From positions 1 through 45,414 of the IMG/VR virus record IMGVR_UViG_3300030060_005342: a stretch of DNA of 45,414 nucleotides, one strand, 5' to 3'. A model generated the notes under the pieces. It searched no databases. It saw only the letters and a program-made list of their open reading frames with translations, and was not told where the DNA came from. Origin of the DNA: a virus. Its lineage: Duplodnaviria > Caudoviricetes. Made by a program: the position numbers and the translations under genes. Shown piece by piece: positions 43,115-45,414 of the stretch; within the stretch, counting starts at the first letter, position 1, and every line of letters begins with the position of its first letter.

Positions 43115-43826
43115 CTTTTAGTGCCTCCATTTGTTCTGGACTAAAGCCTGACCACACAGTTAACGACTCTTGTTTCTTTTCCGTGTCAAACAGTCCAGCA
43201 ATTTTTGCAAGCGAATCCAAAGAACGTAGTATATCTGCTGGTCTTTCAGCAACATCAACCATGTCACGATATCTTTCAATAATCCACTCATTAGTAACAC
43301 CTAAACCATTTAATAATTTGTTTCTTTCTTCACTAATCATACCTGAAATTTTCTCCGATTTTAATAAAGTATTAACTTTTTCATTGATATATTTTTTTGA
43401 TTTTGCTTTAGGGTAAACTTTGCTAAAAGCTTCTTTAACATCCATGCCAGTTGCAACATAGCGGGCAAAAAGCATTTCCTTGCCTTTACCGTCACTCTTC
43501 AATCTTTTCTTTGACGTTGAGGTTCCAGAAAATGAGTATATGTTTTCAGCAATTCCATTTTTGCCAAGCATTAACCTTTTTTTGTCATTAACCCTAAATG
43601 TTCCGCAAACAGTACGAACACATTCAATGCTTTTGTTTTCATTATGACCTTTAACCGCAAACCGTTTTAAGATTTGACAAACATACCCATCATCAGTTAC
43701 TATCCAGTCACCATCATGGCAATCTCTCCAATGACCTGCGATTTCATTTCCATCAGACAAGGCATTAAATTCTATCACACTGTCATACAGGAAATATCTT
43801 TTGCCCTTTATGTCCTTAAAATCCAT
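43065..43826 (-). CDS. Putative terminase small subunit with an N-terminal extension
   Basis: First gene of the late operon; FARYVATG....EAFSKVY...LLKSEKI...VTNEWII...LRSLDSLAKIAGLF TerS-like pattern. Confidence 0.7.
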   Translation of the reverse strand: MDFKDIKGKRYFLYDSVIEFNALSDGNEIAGHWRDCHDGDWIVTDDGYVCQILKRFAVKGHNENKSIECVRTVCGTFRVNDKKRLMLGKNGIAENIYSFSGTSTSKKRLKSDGKGKEMLFARYVATGMDVKEAFSKVYPKAKSKKYINEKVNTLLKSEKISGMISEERNKLLNGLGVTNEWIIERYRDMVDVAERPADILRSLDSLAKIAGLFDTEKKQESLTVWSGFSPEQMEALKDGHTKTELIGHAEKEG

Positions 43827-43855
43827 ACGAATTAATTTACAATTAAAATAAGTAT

Positions 43856-43883
43856 TTGACAATAAATAAAATCTTTCTATATT
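43856..43883 (+). promoter_or_regulatory. Sigma70-type promoter pointing into a non-coding structured region
   Basis: TTGACA-N16-TATATT; predicted start ~43889 coincides with the first stem. Confidence 0.6.
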
Positions 43884-43888
43884 TAACC

Positions 43889-44145
43889 GCTCATGGATTG
43901 GTAGAAAACACTTTTAGCGTGAGCAATTTGTATGAGACTACTAAAAGGGGTTCAACAAAGTCTCAATCGGCGATTCTAAGGTACCCAGCCAAGTTGATAG
44001 GTGCTTAAACACTGAAAATAAGGTATCCGCTTCTACTGTTTTAAAGGCAAGTAAAGTATCCCATAATGGCTCGGCTCCGAAAAACCAGTCTAGGGTAGAG
44101 AAAAATTTCCAAAAAATATTTTGGGGGTATAAGAATTCTCTATCC
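43889..44145 (+). ncRNA. Candidate structured non-coding RNA with pseudoknots (family not recognised)
   Basis: Four or more stems plus loop-loop complementarities; upstream promoter; closing 10-bp hairpin; no credible ORF. Confidence 0.6.
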
Positions 44146-44337
44146 AAAACTCTTCCAAAAAACCAGTAAATTAAGTTAAAAAAATAAAGAATAAGGTAAA
44201 CTTAGAAATATATATTAGAATGGGTGTGAGTGTTGTTTTATGGTTAGGCCCCCGACTTGTTGACGCATATACCCCTCGGTTTTAGTTGATTTTTGAGTTA
44301 AATTATAATTCCAATCGATTTTTCTTGTAATATTCTA

Positions 44338-44382
44338 TAAAAGGAAACAGCCCCACACTATCTATTGTGCGAGGCTGTTCTT
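44338..44382 (-). terminator. Rho-independent terminator after 44412..45092
   Basis: Minus strand AACAGCCTCGCAC-aatagata-GTGTGGGGCTGTT then TCCTTTT. Confidence 0.8.
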
Positions 44383-44411
44383 ATGGTAGGGTCTGTGTGT
44401 TGTGTGCGTTG

Positions 44412-45092
44412 TTAGTCGTTACGTTGAGAAGTAAACAAACCTTTAAACCAATCTATTACTCTGCTTAACATGTTATTATTCTTAGCTGTTAATGCATCAA
44501 CCTTGCTGTTAAGTTCTACTATTGCTTCGCTTAGATTATCAATAGTTTTATTTATCTTTTCTTCTAGAACTTCGTTGTCATCTATATTGTTAATTGCTTC
44601 TTCAATCATTCCTTCTATTTCATACTCTTCTTTGTAGTCATATAATCTATTGTCTAGTTCGTCTTCAATATCACGATACTCAGTTTTATCATCTAGTTTA
44701 TATTCTACCTCTCCAAGTCTATCTACAAAGTTGCTCAAGTCTTCCAAGTCTTCAAGAGCTTCTTTATTTTTGATAAGATTTAGTTCTTGGAGCGTTTCCT
44801 CTGCTATTTCTACCTTTTCAATTAAATCATCTTGCATTTTATTTATTTGTTGCTCAATAGCGTCTTTAATGAATGCTTTAGGTATTACTAGCGTCATTTG
44901 GTCTTTATTTACTACGCTTATTTTATTCTGTAGGTCTTGGTTTTTTTCCATCATTGAATTAAGACGCATCTCAAACGCTTTCAAATCATCTTGCATTTGA
45001 TTTATTTCTGTATATTCTGTTGCTTCTGTTACAACGCCTTCTTTTATATCTGTTTTTTTTACTATTGTTGTATCTTTGTTTATTTCTACCAT
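44412..45092 (-). CDS. Highly acidic coiled-coil hypothetical protein
   Basis: 226 aa; D/E-rich heptads; amphipathic C-terminal helix (MLSRVIDWFKGLF); GGAG RBS. Confidence 0.8.
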   Translation of the reverse strand: MVEINKDTTIVKKTDIKEGVVTEATEYTEINQMQDDLKAFEMRLNSMMEKNQDLQNKISVVNKDQMTLVIPKAFIKDAIEQQINKMQDDLIEKVEIAEETLQELNLIKNKEALEDLEDLSNFVDRLGEVEYKLDDKTEYRDIEDELDNRLYDYKEEYEIEGMIEEAINNIDDNEVLEEKINKTIDNLSEAIVELNSKVDALTAKNNNMLSRVIDWFKGLFTSQRND

Positions 45093-45414
45093 TTTGTATT
45101 ACTCCTTGTGTTTTTGTTTGTTTACTTGTTCTCTTTTATTAATACTCGTTGTGGGTTTTCTTCTTCGTAATTATTAATTAAGCTATTTAATGCTTTGTTT
45201 TCTTTCTCTAATTCACCTAATTGAATACCATATTTTTCAGCGCAATTTCTTAATCTGACTAATTTCTTTTTTAACTCTTCATTTTCTTTCTTTTGTTCTT
45301 GCAACGTCTGAACAAATGTGCTGTAATCTTCTGAAGTGTGTAGTTCGTAACTTGTTGGCGTTACGTCTAGTCTATCTTTATATATGTCTCTTTCTCTTGC
45401 TAGCTTATCAATCT
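44876..45414. repeat. Right copy of imperfect terminal direct repeat (allele B)
   Basis: Homologous to 1-575. Confidence 0.95.
45122..45414 (-). CDS. 3' part of allele B of the 223..657 gene (5' end is off the contig)
   Basis: Open frame DKLARERDIYKDRLD-VTPTSYELHTSEDYSTFVQTLQEQKKE-NEELKK...NPQRVLIKENK. Confidence 0.85.
   Translation of the reverse strand, partial: IDKLARERDIYKDRLDVTPTSYELHTSEDYSTFVQTLQEQKKENEELKKKLVRLRNCAEKYGIQLGELEKENKALNSLINNYEEENPQRVLIKENK

Larger units (their letters stand above)
1..45414. mobile_element. Near-complete podovirus-like tailed phage genome (unit length ~44,875 bp, contig ends overlap)
   Basis: TerS/TerL, portal, scaffold, major capsid, tail tubular proteins, endolysin and DnaB are present; two large convergent transcription units; end sequences are homologous. 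Confidence 0.95.

Noticed and set aside
11435-43416. Numerous + strand ORFs of 60-213 aa within the late region
   Set aside because: They are antisense shadows of long, motif-bearing minus-strand genes, with Ser/Phe/Leu-rich composition and no recognisable motifs.
43941-44147. 68-aa minus-strand ORF
   Set aside because: No clear RBS, atypical composition, and it lies antisense to the structured RNA candidate.
44876-45414. Diversity-generating retroelement (template/variable repeat pair) as the explanation for the diverged end repeats
   Set aside because: No reverse transcriptase gene was seen, and the differences are block replacements and indels rather than adenine-specific substitutions.
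1-45414. tRNA genes, introns/inteins or stop-codon reassignment
   Set aside because: No cloverleaf with a T-loop consensus was spotted by eye; TerL, DnaB, portal and MCP are uninterrupted and of normal length in the standard code. A tRNAscan run would be needed to exclude tRNAs fully.

Overview
The window is an essentially complete ~44.9-kb, AT-rich tailed dsDNA phage genome of podovirus type: P22-like portal, scaffold, SU10/DUF5309-like capsid, tail tubular proteins, a block of internal/ejection proteins and no tape measure. The contig ends overlap (1-575 vs 44876-45414) as two different alleles. The + strand (818-10894) carries many tiny early genes and a host-dependent replication/recombination module: Cas4-like exonuclease, Sak/Rad52-like annealase, SSB, DnaB and RuvC-like resolvase, with no recognisable polymerase or primase. 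The - strand (43826-10880) carries packaging, lysis and virion genes. Top observations: (1) the 2419-aa internal virion protein appears to contain a XerD-like tyrosine recombinase with a rearranged catalytic domain (Box I Arg placed after the catalytic Tyr), followed by a zincin HExxH protease; (2) a ~260-nt candidate pseudoknotted ncRNA with its own promoter lies back-to-back with terS; (3) a short x-x-x-G-G-x-V/I/A tag occurs ~15 times across six otherwise unrelated late proteins; (4) iteron-like repeats sit inside the Cas4-like gene; (5) exact gene-junction repeats occur in the early region. All family assignments are from motif recognition by eye; no searches were run.
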